Shown: positions 1 to 13,549 of the stretch, one piece after another
How the letters are laid out: each line of letters opens with the position of its first letter
Numbering within the stretch: the first letter of the stretch is position 1
Source of the DNA: Dictyostelium discoideum
Lineage: Eukaryota
NCBI GenBank assembly: GCA_000004695.1
Contig: CM000150.2
Coordinates: 1,632,001 to 1,696,000 of the forward strand
DNA: 64,000 bases
Direction of reading: 5' to 3'
The notes under the pieces: generated by a model
What the model was told of the DNA's origin: nothing
Databases searched by the model: none
The model's input: only the letters and a program-made list of their open reading frames with translations
Translations under genes and position numbers: made by a program

Positions 1-773
1 ATATGGTCTTGTTACAATGGGTATGATTGGTAGTATGTATTATTATTATTTTAATTATTTATTTATATATATATTTTATTTATTTAAAAATTATTTATTA
101 ATTAAACTTTTTTTTTATTTATTTTTTAAAAAATTAATCAATTATTAAAAAAAAAAAGTACTTTATATGGTTACTAGAGTACCTAGATTCGTGACATGTT
201 CTTCTTATGATGTTTGTTCTTGTAAATTTGTTAATGATTGCAATGCCTTCATAAACGATAATTTATCATAGTAAATAAAATAAATTAAAACATATAATTG
301 TACAAAGCAAATTCCTATTTTTTCGTTTATTTAAAAATAAAACCAAAATATAAATTTTATTTTGGTTAATTTTTTTTTTTTTTTTTTTTTTCTAATCAAA
401 TAAATAAAAGATTAATTATAAATAATTTTTTATATGTGTTCAAATTTTATTTTTGTATTGGCAAAACTTATTAAAATAACTCGGAACATTGTCCCACTTA
501 GTTCAAAGGTTTTCTGTAATCAATAATGGCAATGGCACAGTGAGTGAAAGTTTCAAGCTTTCTTCAAACAAAATTACCCTTTCAATTTTTTGTATTTATA
601 GTAAATTCCCAGCCATTTTATTGTTTAATTAATGTTTTTTTAAAAATGTATACAATATTTAGTTATGATTCCAATTATTATATTAAGTTTCTTATATGCG
701 ACCAAAAATGTTTTTTCACCAAAAAAAATTTAAAAATGCATTGGAGCAAAATTAACAAAATTTCATAATAAGT

Positions 774-846
774 GCCTGGATGGCTCAGTAGGCAGAGCGA
801 GCGGCTGTTAACCGCTAGGTCCATGGTTCGATCCCATGTCTAGGCG
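774..846 (+). tRNA. tRNA-Asn (anticodon GTT)
   Basis: The sequence folds as a cloverleaf. The acceptor stem is GCCTGGA/TCTAGGC with one G:T pair. The anticodon stem is AGCGG/CCGCT and the loop is CTGTTAA, giving anticodon GTT. The T-loop is GGTTCGATCC. No CCA is encoded. Confidence 0.85.
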
Positions 847-876
847 ATAATTTTCCACCACAATTACACGGTTTAA

Positions 877-887
877 GGGTTCGATTC
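877..887 (+). promoter_or_regulatory. External B-box-like element (GGGTTCGATTC) about 31 bp downstream of tRNA-Asn
   Basis: The motif matches the pol III B-box consensus GGTTCGANTCC and lies outside the tRNA body. The same arrangement recurs downstream of the other two tRNA genes in the window. Confidence 0.6.
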
Positions 888-975
888 TGACCAAAATGAA
901 ACGGAGGTATTGAAAAAAAAATAAAATTAAAAAAAAAATAAACCTTCATCTATAACTAAGGTATCCCCCAATAAT

Positions 976-1136
976 ATATATTAAAGTAATATGATATATA
1001 ATATAGTTTAAAAAATTTAATACAATTGAATAATAAAAATAAAACCGTTTAACAAACACCGCCGAAAAGACACAAGTACATTCCTTGAAGGTCTGATCAC
1101 AGGTAAAAAAAAAAAAAAAATATATTAAAGTAATAT
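976..1136 (+). mobile_element. 5'-truncated non-LTR retroelement remnant (TRE3-like position) with poly(A) tail and 17-bp target-site duplication
   Basis: A direct repeat ATATATTAAAGTAATAT occurs at 976-992 and at 1120-1136. Between the copies lies about 127 bp that ends in a GC-richer core (CCGTTTAACAAACACCGCCGAAAAGACACAAG...GATCACAGGT) followed by A15-16 abutting the second repeat. The first repeat is 130 bp downstream of the tRNA-Asn 3' end (846). Confidence 0.5.
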
Positions 1137-1310
1137 AAAAAAAATCTATATTATCCAACTTTCTTTATAGTTTCTTAACATTTTAAACATGCACCAAAAT
1201 ATCTTTTTTTTTATTTTAAACTTTTTTTTTTTTTTAGATTTTTAATTTTTAATTTTTTTTATTTTTTATTTTTTTATTTTAAACTTTTTTTTTTACCCAA
1301 CACCCTTGTA

Positions 1311-2303
1311 ATGGATAATAATAATAACAATATTATTAATAATAATAATAATAATAACGAAAAAAATGAAATATTATTTTGGAAAGTTTATAGAAATGTT
1401 TATTTAAATAAACAAATTTTTACTCAATTGGAGAATGACTCAATTGAATATCAAAACCCAAAAAAGTATTATATTGATAATAGAATAAAGTTTAAAAATG
1501 TAAATTCATTAGAAAGTATGGTATATAAAAGGCAATTTAATCTTTTAGAATATAAGTTAAGAAATAATGAATATATCAACCTTAAACATGGAATTAGAGC
1601 ATTTGTTGATTTTATTTATGACGATTTTAATGAAAGAATAGAATTATTTAAATTATTTTTAGAGAAATATTTAGTAGCTGTCCAAGATTATGGAAAAATT
1701 GTAAGTGATGCAATTGATCTTAAAAGATACCAAGTTTTAAAAATATTATTAAATGAACCATACTGTTTTAAAATTGATAAAAGTTGTTATCGAAAAATTT
1801 TAGTTGACTATAAAGGTAGTCATCATCATCATAAAAATGAGGATTTAATTATACAATTAGTTAATAAACACACTACAGATCAAGTTAAATTAATGGCAAT
1901 CGATCAATATGATTCAATGTATCGTAAAACTGGCAGTAAAATTCTAATTAAAATTAAAATGGAAATTTTAATTTTAATTAGAATTTTAAATGTCGCTTTA
2001 AATCTTCCACCCTCGGATAAATATAATACTCGTTATTATTATTCTTATAGTATCTTAAGTACTTTTAAAACCTTGGATACAAGAATTCACAATAATTCAA
2101 ATCATACCAATTTTAATCATCATTTACAATTAATAAATTTAAAAGATAAATTATTGAATTTAAATTTCTATAAAAATGATTATAATGACACTTTTAGTTA
2201 TTATTGGTTAAATCAACTTTCAAACTTTAAAGGTTATAATAAATTATTAATACCTTTAATTTTATTACATTTTAAAATTTATTTTATTTATAAAAATATT
2301 AAA

Positions 2304-2352
<49 letters not shown>

Positions 2353-3778
2353 TTTTACCAGAAAACATTGAAAATGAAATTAAAGAAATTTTAGGTGAAG
2401 ATTATTTAATAGATTATGAATTTAAAGAAAAACAATTATTAAGGTTATTAATAATTGAAAGTCAATCAAAATCATTATATAGATTTTATTATGAAAGATA
2501 TAGTCAAACTATTGAACAAAACTTGATTACAAAATTTAAAGTACCAATTTATGAATCATCTAATGTTTTTGATGATTTACAAATATTGGCTAAACTTGGA
2601 TTTAATGAAAATCTCAATAGAATAATTCAATGTATAAATGATTTTATTAATGATCATAATGTTAGAATTTGTAAAAACTTTCATAAATATTTTGAAATAA
2701 TAAGATTTATTAGAAATTATATATTTAATAATTTTAATTGTAATGAAAATTATAGTAAATTAATTGAAGTAATGTCAATTAATGGTGTGGGATTAACAAT
2801 ACTTTATTTACCAAGTAAATGGAATTCTTATTTAAAATATTTTACTCTTGAACAATTTAAAAATGATAAAGTTTTAATTTCAGATAAACAAGTTATAAAA
2901 TGGTTAAAATCAATTGAAAAAAAAAAGAATAAAATGTTTTCATCAGTTTTATCAGAATATTATAAAAAAAGAAGAAATAATTTAATAGAGTTTAGTTGTA
3001 ATGAAATTGCTCAATATGCAATCAAAAAATTAGAGATTGGTAATTTTTCAAATAAATTCCCACCAATTAAATTTGATATTATCAAATGGTCAACCATTGA
3101 AAATCAAAATCCAATTTCAAATATTATTAATGAACTTTCTTTTCAAAATTACAACATTTTAATTGAATCTGATCAAGATAATAATAATATTGATATTGAT
3201 ATTGTTAAAAATAAAAAGAAAACAAATTTTATTATTCAATTAAATTATAACCTTTATAAATTAATTAATAATGATAATTATTCAGAAATTCGTAAATTTT
3301 TAATTCAAAATTTAATTAAAAGAATTTTAAAAATTAATGGTGGTAATGCTTTAAATCAAATATTTAAAACTACAAGTTTTAAAGATACTTTACAAAATTA
3401 TCCATTCACATTTTTTGAAACATTTATAAACTCTTTTAATAACTTTGAAATTGAAAATGTTATAATGTTTTTAAATAGTGGAATTGATTTCATAAAATAT
3501 CAATATGATTTTCAACTAGTTTGGAATAAAAAAGTCGATCAAGTTATAGACATTTACAAAAAAAAATATTCATTTGGTTTTAATTACACAAATATAATAA
3601 ATAATATTAAAAGTGAAGTGGTTTTAAATTTTATTAACTATTGGTTAACTCAAGATAAAATTCCATTCAATTCTGAAATTAATAAATTAATAGTAAATCA
3701 TTTATTTAAAAAGTTAATTCAAACTCAAGGTATTACAATTTATCAAGTTTCAAAAATTAGAAATTTAATATTAAATTT

Positions 3779-3816
<38 letters not shown>

Positions 3817-4454
3817 TACCAAATAATAATGATAAAATAATATTTTTAGAAGAAACAAATTTTCATACTTTTTTTTATCTTTATAATAAGACACCAAAGA
3901 TTTCACATTATATAGAGAGTACAGAGTATTCAATTTTTAATTTAAATTCAAATTCAGATGCAAGTTTATTTGATTTTCAATTTATTTATAAGGAATCATT
4001 TGAAAGATTAATTGAAATTTTAATGGAAAAGGATAATGGTAATGAGCCTACCAATAAAAAGGTAAATAATCAACTATTATACTTTTTAGTGATAAGAAGA
4101 ATTGATTTGTTTTTTAATCACCTTCAAACTATTAGAAAATTGGGATTGAATTTTAGATTTAGTAAATATTCAGAATTGATAAAAATTATTCAACATCAAC
4201 AATTTAGTGGAAATTCAAATGATTCTTTAAAAACTTTTATTAATGAATATAGATTAACAAATTCTAATATCACTGAACAATCAATTGCATCACAACTCTT
4301 AATTGAATCAGTAAAATTAAATAGTAAAGAAGAAATTATTAATTTCATTATTGAAAACTATCAACCAGAAAAAATAACTCTTCCATCTTCAACCATTGAT
4401 AATCCTTTAGTTCAAAAAATTTTAAAAAATTATCCAAATTTGTTGAAGTTTTAA
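1311..4454 (+). CDS. Hypothetical Asn-rich protein (1047 aa), paralogous N-terminus to the ankyrin-repeat gene at 36764-39736
   Basis: A single long ORF that opens with poly-N, then EILFWKVYRNVYLNKQIF. Poly-N (2300-2345) and poly-S (3781-3819) runs are present. A poly-T/A promoter-like region lies immediately upstream. Confidence 0.6.
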
Positions 4455-4629
4455 AAGTGATCAATTCTAAAAATAAATGTGGTAAAAATGGAAAAGTAAA
4501 ACTATGAAAAAATAAAAAATAAAAAATAAAAATAAAAATAAAAATAGAAATAAAAATAAAAAAATAAAGATATTGATAAAAAACATTCAAATGTGAATAA
4601 TAAAAAGGTATATTTAATTAAAACTGTGC

Positions 4630-4667
<38 letters not shown>

Positions 4668-4807
4668 GAATGGTTACTTTCATTTTTTTTATATCTTATA
4701 TCATTTTGTATTTTCGAATATATACTATATTAATATTAAAAATAAATAAAATTTAATAATTGTTAAAAAAAAAAGAAAAAGAAAATGAAAAAAAAAAAAA
4801 AAAATTT

Positions 4808-4844
<37 letters not shown>

Positions 4845-5374
4845 CAAAGTCAACACCAAAATTTGCCCTAAAAATAAAAAAAAAAAAAGGGCTTTTTTTT
4901 TGTTATGTTACCTTCTTGTAAAAAAAAAGAAAAAATAAGAAAAAAAAAAATAAAGAAAAAAAAAAAAATTGACACTTCATTTTTTTGGAATTAAAGTATT
5001 AAAAAAAAAAAAAAAAAAAAAAGATCAATGTGTGTTAAATATATGAAAAAAAAAAAAAAATTTCACCCATAATAACAATAATAATACTATCACACTTTCA
5101 CAAACACACACACACTTAAAACATTTATAAATTTTCATTTTTTTTTATTTTTTTATTTATTTTTATAGTATTCTCTTTTAAAAAAAAAACAATAACATAT
5201 TATTATTTGAATATTTTTCAAATTTAAAATTATTTATTTAAAACAACACAACAGAAACAATTCATATATATAATTATATTAGATACAAATAGATATAGAT
5301 ATAATAAATAAATAAATAAATATATATAAATATATATATTTATAAATATATATTTGTAAATATATAAATATAAA

Positions 5375-5504
5375 ATGAAATGTATATCAAATATAACATC
5401 AAGTAGCAGAAAACAAAAATTTTTAATTTTATTTATCCTTGTTGCAAGTTCTATATTGTTGATGTTTTATGATGAATTTAGTTTTATAACAGTATTTAAT
5501 AAAG

Positions 5505-5535
<31 letters not shown>

Positions 5536-7913
5536 CTATAGAACAAATCAATTTAAAGATAACGATAATATTTTTTACACTAATCGAATTTTAGAAGAAA
5601 CTAGGAATTCAGATGTTGTCATTTTTCTATGGGATCCATCATCAGAACGCGATGATTGGACAGGAATTTTAAAATCTAATAATTTAGTAACACAACAACA
5701 AATTGATGATTATAATAATAAAAAATCTTTATTTACTTCAACAACATCAACAACTTCTCATCCTTATACTAGTAGTAGAAGTAGTACTAGTACTAGTAGT
5801 AGAAGTAGTACTAGTACTAGTAGTAGAAGTAGTACTAGTGGAGGTAGAAGTAGTAGTGGAGGTAGTAGTACTAGTAGTGGAGGTAGTAGTACTAGTAGTG
5901 GAAGTAGTAGTACAACTAGTAGTAGAGGTAGTAGTACCACTAGTAGAAGTAGTAGTACTACTGGTATTAGAGGTGGTAGTAGTACAACTCAACAAACTGA
6001 AGTGGAAGCAGCAGCAGCAGTATCAGGTCAATTATCAATAGATTTTAATCAAAAATCACTATCAATAAAATTAAATGAAGTATTTAATGAAAAGAATAAA
6101 TGTTCATGTTCATGTAGATTTACAAATCTTCAAGAAGAGATTGTTGAGTCACATTTAATTTTATTTGATCCAGTTTATTTACATAAAGATAATTGGAAGA
6201 GATCACCATTAAAGTTACCAGAGAAACATTCACATCAAAAGTTTGGTTTATTTCATTATAACTCAAAGAGTCAATATTCAATACTCTCTAATAAACCATA
6301 TAATAACTTGATGGATATTGATATCTCTTACCTAAATAGTGATCATAATCTTGATATCACTTTAGCATGTCCACCCAATTCATCTTTTACCCTTGACGAC
6401 ACTTCAAAATTATTATTAAAAAAACACAAAGATTGGGATAAACGTAATAATTCTGCAATTTTCATTTCTTCAAATTGCGTAGATGGTTTATCATTATCAA
6501 GAACTGTATGTTTTTTTAAAAAAAAACAAATAATAACAATATAATAATATTAATTTATTTTTTTTTTTTTTTTATGTGATTTTTTAGAATTTAGTAAAAG
6601 AATTATCAAAAATTATTAAAATTGAATCATTAGGCAATTGTTTGAATGATAATACAGTTAATATTAAAAGTAAAGAAGAATTAGGATCAATTTATTCAAG
6701 AATTGAGTATAATATGGAAATTTATAAGAAAGCGAAATTTGTAATTTGTTTTGAGAATGAAAATTCAACAAACTATGTAACAGAGAAAGTTTATACTGCT
6801 TTATATGCTGGTGCAATACCAATTTGGATGGGTGCTAAAAATATTGATCAATATGTACCAACGGGTTCGATTATCAATGGAAATGAATTTAATAATATTA
6901 ATGAAATTGGTGAACATATAAAATCAATAATAGATGGTAAAATTGATTATAAAAGATATTTCAAATGGAAAGATGATAATGATAATCAATCATTAGAGAG
7001 TAAAGTTATTGATAAATTAAAACGTTGTATTAATACAGTTGATATGAAATGTAAAATTTGTGAGACCATTTATAAATCGATTGAGCAATCTGATAGGGAT
7101 TATCTATCATCAACTGTTGCTGCAAAGAATTATCATTATGTTTCAAACAATATTGGATATTATACACCCCAATTTGTGTCAATGAAAGGATTGGGTGACC
7201 ATATCTTTGTCAATAGGAATGAAGATACTTGTAAGAATTGTTTTAATCTTGATGATCATTATACCCTAATGGCATGGGTCAAGCCATCAACATTCTCTGA
7301 TCAGAGAATTATTGATAAGAATCATGCGGGAACAATTAGTGGATACAATTTCGATATTCAAAAGACATCAGGTGGTCGTGGTGTGGCTAGACTATGTGCG
7401 GGTACAGCATGTTTTGAATCCTTCAAGAGTATACCCAACGATTTATGGTCACATGTTGCTGTGGTGTTTAGTTGTAATAATTTAGATGTTCAAAAGAATC
7501 GTGTCACTTTTTATATAAATGGTGTGTTTAATGCAGAGTTTGATAATTTTAAACCAACTAAAATTAATGACTTCCCTTTGGTAATTGGTAAATCTGGTAA
7601 AAAAACTGAATCAACAAGTTATCATGGTATGATTGATGATATAATGATCTTTAATATCTCTCTAACCTCTGATGATATCAAATATGTACTCTCTTCAAAA
7701 CCAAATCTTTCCACCTTTAAATTTGCAAATGATCTTCAACTCTTTTATGATTTCGATTATAATCCAAATAATCCAAAATCACATGATCGTAATATAGTTC
7801 GTGATAAATCAATTTATAAAAATGATGGTACCTTTGCTAGTGGTTCAAGTGATGACTATTCTGAAAAAATAACTTCAATAAGTAAAGAAATATCTTTTAA
7901 TAAAAAATTATAA
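5375..7913 (+). CDS. GT10 alpha-1,3-fucosyltransferase-like type II membrane protein with Ser/Thr-rich stalk and C-terminal ConA/LamG-like domain; exons 5375..6505 and 6588..7913
   Basis: N-terminal TM anchor KFLILFILVASSILLMF. A 5760-5990 stalk repeat (SSRSSTSTS)n. The intron is GTATGT...TTTTAG (6506-6587) and keeps the frame in phase 0. The GT10 motif FVICFENENSTNYVTEKVYTALYAGAIPIWMGA is present. The C-terminal jelly-roll motifs are WSHVAVVF, YINGV and IDDIMIFNISLT. Confidence 0.7.
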
Positions 7914-8027
7914 AAAAATAAAACTAATAATAATAATAATAATAATAATAATTAATTTTATTTTATTTTATTTATTTATTTGAGGATATGTACAATTTAT
8001 AGTTATTATTATTATTTTGTAAATTAT

Positions 8028-8576
8028 TTATATTTGTAATTTTAATTTTTCAATTATTTTTAAAGATTCATCTATGTGAGAAGTTGAACTAAGTAAACCA
8101 TCATGTATACCTGCTATAATACCATGTTTATCAATGATGAATGTTTTTCTACCAGGTAATAATATACCGTTAACACCATATAATTTAGCTAATTTACTAT
8201 GTTTATCTGTCAATAATGTGAATGGTAATGAATATTTTGAAACGAATGATTTATGACTATCTTCACCATCACTACTAACCCCGATTACTTCTGCACCGGC
8301 TTCTATAAATTTTTGATATTTATCTCTAAATTCACAACTCTCTATAAAAGTATGTAAGAATGTTGTTATTTTATTAGTATCAATGAATGTTAATGAGGTA
8401 TTGTAATAAATAAATTAAATATTACCTTTTGTGCATACTGGACTATTATCTTTTGGATAAAAGTATAAAACGATTGGTTGACTCTTATCTTTAAATTCTT
8501 TGAGTGTAACTGTTTGACCTAAATAATTTTTAGCTTCAAAATCTGGTGCAACATTTCCAACTTTTAATTTTGTCAT
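8028..8576 (-). CDS. Peroxiredoxin, BCP/PrxQ type (about 154 aa); exons 8576..8426 and 8341..8028
   Basis: The spliced product reads MTKLKVGNVAPDFEAKNYLGQTVTLKEFKDKSQPIVLYFYPKDNSPVCTKESCEFRD...SLPFTLLTDKHSKLAKLYGV...TFIIDKHGII. These are the FYPKD...C and resolving-Cys motifs of BCP-type thiol peroxidases. The intron GTAAT...TTTTATAG spans 8425-8342. Confidence 0.7.
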
Positions 8577-8872
8577 TCTTTTATTGATTTTTTTATATTA
8601 TATTGATTTTTTAATTTATGAACTAAAATTATTAATTATTAATTGTATAATTATTATTTATTTGATTGATTGTTGTATATTATTAAATTTATATTTTTAA
8701 TGATTAATAAAAATAATTTATTTTTGTTTAAATATTATTTTAAAAATAAACACTGAACACTTCGAAATAATTCATTATGCAAAAGAACCTATTTATTTAA
8801 AAAATCGTCATTTTCCGACATGAAGAATCAAAAGAATGAAAAAAAATAAAATTCAAAGAAAGGGATTATATG

Positions 8873-8917
<45 letters not shown>

Positions 8918-9106
8918 AAAATGTATAAAGAATTCCAACTATCAAAAAGTGGATAAAATGAAAAAAATTAATTATTTTATAACTTTAAATTAAATCTTTG
9001 ATATAATTTTTATTTTATTTATAAATAAATAATTTATTTTTTTTTTTTTTTTTTTTTTTTTTTCTTTACATAATTTTGGATGAATTCCAATTGGGATAGT
9101 GCATAA

Positions 9107-9971
9107 TTAATTTCCTTCGAAAAAATATTGAGATGGGCTATATGTTTGAGATCTATTTAAAATTTCTTTATCTTTATACATTTTTGGTAACATGAAAGAT
9201 GGATTCCAAGTTTTTTGTAATTCTGTAACGTCTGAAGAAACTTGATATTTTCCCTTTGATTCATAGGGTCTATTTTCTATACCGTCAGTATTAAAGAAAA
9301 CGATTTGTGCTAAACGTCTACCCACTACTAATGGAATTGAATAGTGTCTACTATTATTAGTGATCTCCATTGTCCATCTACTAACATAACCGACATCTCC
9401 CATACCTGCACATTTACAAACCTAAGTATATATATATAAATATATATAAATAATAATATTAGTATTTAAATAAAATACTAATATTATTATTATATATAAT
9501 AATAATAATAATAATTACTTCAATAAAATTTCTACCCATTGAAGATCTTGCTTTCATCATTGTTGTTACAGTTTTATTACCACCAATAAATTCATTTGTG
9601 TGAGCTAAAATTGTTTCTTTAGGTTTAATCCAAATGATTAATTCGTCATCGGCTATATTGTCTAATTTAATACCAGACCTTGCTGACCATGATGCATGAG
9701 TCTCTGCTTTTTTAAATGATCCCCAAACTCTATCAACCATTTCTTCAGAGTATGGATTATAAACACCTGCTCCTGATTCTGGCTCGGTTTCTCTATAATA
9801 ATAAGGTCCAAGTGTGACGTCATAAGATGATGTTGATAAATTGTCTCTAACAAATGGTGTTATAACAACTGTACCAATTTCCATATGTCTTAATATTGCT
9901 TTATCTGATAATAATGAAAATTCTTGTTTTTTACTATCATTATTATCATTATTATTTGTTGGTTCGTTCAT
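9107..9971 (-). CDS. dCTP deaminase-like (dUTPase fold) protein; exons 9971..9519 and 9421..9107
   Basis: Block-wise similarity to bacterial Dcd: ILRHMEIGTVVITPF, YDVTLG, ARSSMGRNFIE, AGMGDVGYVSRWTMEITNNS, PLVVGRRLAQIVFF. The intron GTAATT...CTTAG spans 9518-9422 and keeps the frame. Confidence 0.6.
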
Positions 9972-10643
9972 ATTTTTTTTTAATTTTTTTTTTTTTTTAT
10001 GAAAAATTAATATTAAATATTAAATTAAAGTTGGGATTTGGTTGAAAAAAAAAAAAAAAAAAAAAAATTGTTTTTTTATTATGAGCTATTTATTTCCCAA
10101 AATAAAAAAAAAAAAGTGAAATAAAAGTATTATTGGAAAAAAAAAAAATAAAAATAAAAATAAAAACTAATTCAATGATAACATTGTTGTAAATCAATAA
10201 TTTTAATAAAAATAATAAAGTTTTTTTTTTTTTTTAATTTTTACAACTTAAACTAAAATGTTCTTTTTTTTTTTTTTTTTTTTTTAATTTTACAACAAAA
10301 TTTATTTTTTTATTTCATATTTTTATTTTTATTTTTTTATTTTTTTTTTTTTTTTTTTTTTATTGCTTGAAAAAATCTCTTTTGAATTTTTTAATTTGAA
10401 ACACAGTAACCGAATAAAGATTTTTTTTTTCGTCTTTCAAAAAAAAAAATAAAATACAATAAATAATAAAAAGTAAACAATTCAATTAAAAAAATAATAA
10501 ATAATAAATGTCAAATAAAAAATAAAATAATAAAAATAACTAAACGAATAACATTTTAAAAATAAATAACATAAAAAAATAAAATAAAATAAAAAATAAA
10601 TGTTTAAAAAATAAAAAAAAATTAAAAATCTAAAAATAAATTG

Positions 10644-10676
<33 letters not shown>

Positions 10677-10717
10677 TAATAAAAAAATAAAATATCCAAG
10701 AAATAAGACTTACCATA

Positions 10718-13146
10718 ATGAGAAGGTAAGAAAAAAAAAAAAAAAGATATTAATCTCTTAAACAACAAAGTATATTTATTGTTTTTTTTTCTAATTATTT
10801 TTAAATAATAATAATAATAATAATAATAGAATTTATAAAGTTAATTATTTTACAAGAAATAAATCAATAGTTTTCATAATATTAGTATCATTTATAGTTT
10901 TATTTAAATTTCAATATGATGTTATTAAATTAAGTGAACAATTACAAAAAGAAAAGATTATCAGTTCACAAAAACAAATAGAATTGGAAGAACTTGGTTC
11001 GTATATAAATTTGTTGGAAAGAAGATTTATAGAATTAGGTGGTGACAGTGAAAATTGGGGTTGTAAAAGAAGTAGTAACAATAGACCTCAATTAATCTCG
11101 AGTAGTGATAATTACAATGATGATGATTATGATGGTGGTGATTATTACTATGATGAATATATTGAAGATGATAATATTAAGTTATTATCATTAGAAACAA
11201 TGATGAGAATTCAAGAATTAAAATATGATCCAAATATTGTACAATCACCAAGATGTATAAAAGAAGCCAATTCAATTAAATTAATGTGTTCAAAATTTAA
11301 ATATAATTATAGAACTAAATATAATTTTATTGGTATTCATGATCAATTAAATAATACATCACCAATAAAATCAAAATTTTCATCATTTGAAAATGGCAGT
11401 GGTGTTGGTGCTGGTGGTGCTAGTGATGATGATATTAAAGATTCAAATTTATTAATTTTAAGAAATCCATCAAGTGGTGTTTCAAATTTTAAAGTTTCAA
11501 AAAGAGCAAAACTTTCATTTGAAGAAGTATTGATCGATGTTAATGATGTTTATATTGCACCAAGTTTTGGTAGTAGTTGGGGTGATTTTAATGGTGATGG
11601 TTGGATTGATCTTTATATTGGTAATCATTATTGGCCATCTAGATTATTTTTAAATGAAAATGGTACATCATTTAGAGATGTTTCATCAAATTATATAAAA
11701 GGATATGATAAAATGAAATTTTTGGATAAACATGCCTCAGCATGGGCTGATTTTAATAAAGATGGAAATTTAGATCTATTAGAGACAACAGGTGCAAAGT
11801 ACGGTACAAGTTCATTACCAAATAATTTATATGTTAATTATGGTGGTGGTGGTACTGGTGGTGGTACTTCTAATTCAAGTGGAGATTCTCCCCAATTTTG
11901 GTCAGAAGAAGCTGTAAAAAGATCAATTGATTATCCATTTGCAAGAGGTAGAACTATAACATGGTTAGATTATGATAGTGATGGTGAGTTGGATGCATTT
12001 GTATCTTCACAGAAAAGATCGGATGGTAAGGGTGATAGTGCACTTTTTAGACAAAAAAAAGGTGGCCAATTCTTTGATGTTAGTAAATTCGTTGGTATGA
12101 ATATAGTTACAATGATTCTATTCGTTAGACAAACTGATTTAGATAATGATGGTGAATTGGAACTATTGTTAATAAGTTACACATTTCCATTCAAAGTTTA
12201 CCATACCAATAGAGATGACCCATATAAAGCATTCACCGATGTAACCTCATCCTTTTTTCCATTGAATACTGATGAAGTTGAGAAACATCAAGTTGCAATT
12301 GAAAATTCCACAATTAGATGGGTACCTTCTTCGGCTAAAACTGGTTTAATATCAATTGTTAGTGATTTGGCATTTGGTGATATGGATGGTAATGGTTGGC
12401 AAGATGTTATCATCGCTAGGAATTATCATGGTACTTGTATAGTTTCCATCTATTATAATCATGGATTATATGAGAATGATAAAGAGAGAATTCAAGATCA
12501 ACCAGGTATTAGAAAATCTTCGAAATTAAAATGGAAACTTTTAGATATCTATAGTGATAATACCACCAAATGCGGTTCATTGGTAGTTGCCGATTTCAAT
12601 AATGACTTCAATTTAGACATTTATTTAGTCACTCATCTAACTCACTCAAATTCACCCAATGTAATGATTTTCAATGATGGTGATGGTGGTAATTTCTCAA
12701 TTAGGGCTGATGGTGTCGGTGCTGGTGGTTCAACATTTGGTAAAGGTGAATCAGTAACAATGGCAGATTATAACAATGATGGTTACTTGGATTTACTAGT
12801 TACCAATGGTAAAGGTTCACCACCCTTTGATGTTGGTCCAGTTCAATTATTTAAAAATTTAAATTCCGGTAGAAATTGGTTAGAGATTGAATTGATTGGT
12901 ATTAATGAGAATGCTCATGGTTTTGGTTCAAGAATTACAATCACTGCTTGTAAAAAAACTCAATTTCGTGATGTTGAATCAGGTGTTCACTTTTCAGCTC
13001 AAAACTCTTTTCGAACTCATTTCGGTCTTAATTTTTGTCCAAAAATTACTGAAATTAAAATTTATTGGCAACGTTCAAAACAATATCAAATCTTAAAAAA
13101 TATTAATCCAAATCAAATTTTAAAAATTACTGAAGATGTTTTTTAG
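10718..13146 (+). CDS. FG-GAP repeat / ASPIC-UnbV (CRTAC1-like) protein with N-terminal signal-anchor. The 8-nt exon 1 is at 10718..10725; exon 2 starts at 10830 or 10857 and runs to 13146
   Basis: The microexon is ATGAGAAG|GTAAGA. Downstream is an open frame encoding the hydrophobic segment SIVFIILVSFIVLFKF. Repeated FG-GAP motifs are present (DFNGDGWIDLYIG, DFNKDGNLDLL, DYDSDGELDAFV, DMDGNGWQDVII, DYNNDGYLDLLV). The C-terminal UnbV/ASPIC motif is NWLEIELIGINENAHGFGSRITI...HFGL. The track ORF at 10984 begins at a TTG internal to exon 2. Confidence 0.65.
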
Positions 13147-13381
13147 TTAAATAAAAACAAAAAATAATAATAATAAAAGTGAATATATGAATTATATATT
13201 TTAAAATACAAAATCAAATATCAAATTTTAAAAAATTACTTAAGATGTTTATTCTTTTTTTTTTTTTTTTTATATAAACAATTTGTAAAAAAAAGATAAA
13301 TCTAAAAATTTCATTTTTATTTTTATTTTTTTTTTTTTTTTTTTTTTAATCCCACAAAATTCTGATTCGGTTAAAAAAATG

Positions 13382-13427
<46 letters not shown>

Positions 13428-13549
13428 CGTTTTTTAATTTTTTTTTTTTTTATTTTATTTTTTATTTTATTTTTTTATTTTTATAATTTTTTCGTCTTTT
13501 TTGTTATTGTTATTATTTAATAATAATAATAAATAAATAAATAAATAAA

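Noticed and set aside
544-768. 74-aa ORF upstream of tRNA-Asn and a possible ATGGCAATGGCACAG|GTGAGT microexon at 526-540
   Set aside because: The ORF has no convincing start and a low-complexity hydrophobic composition. The putative microexon would splice to a 14-aa product only. I treat it as non-coding flank.
5703-6041. Track ORFs on both strands (5703..6041 +, 5747..5995 -) inside the Ser/Thr repeat of the fucosyltransferase gene
   Set aside because: They are alternative-frame and antisense readings of the (AGTAGT/ACTAGT)n stalk repeat and code only for poly-V/E/L or poly-T/S nonsense. The real frame is the 5375 gene.
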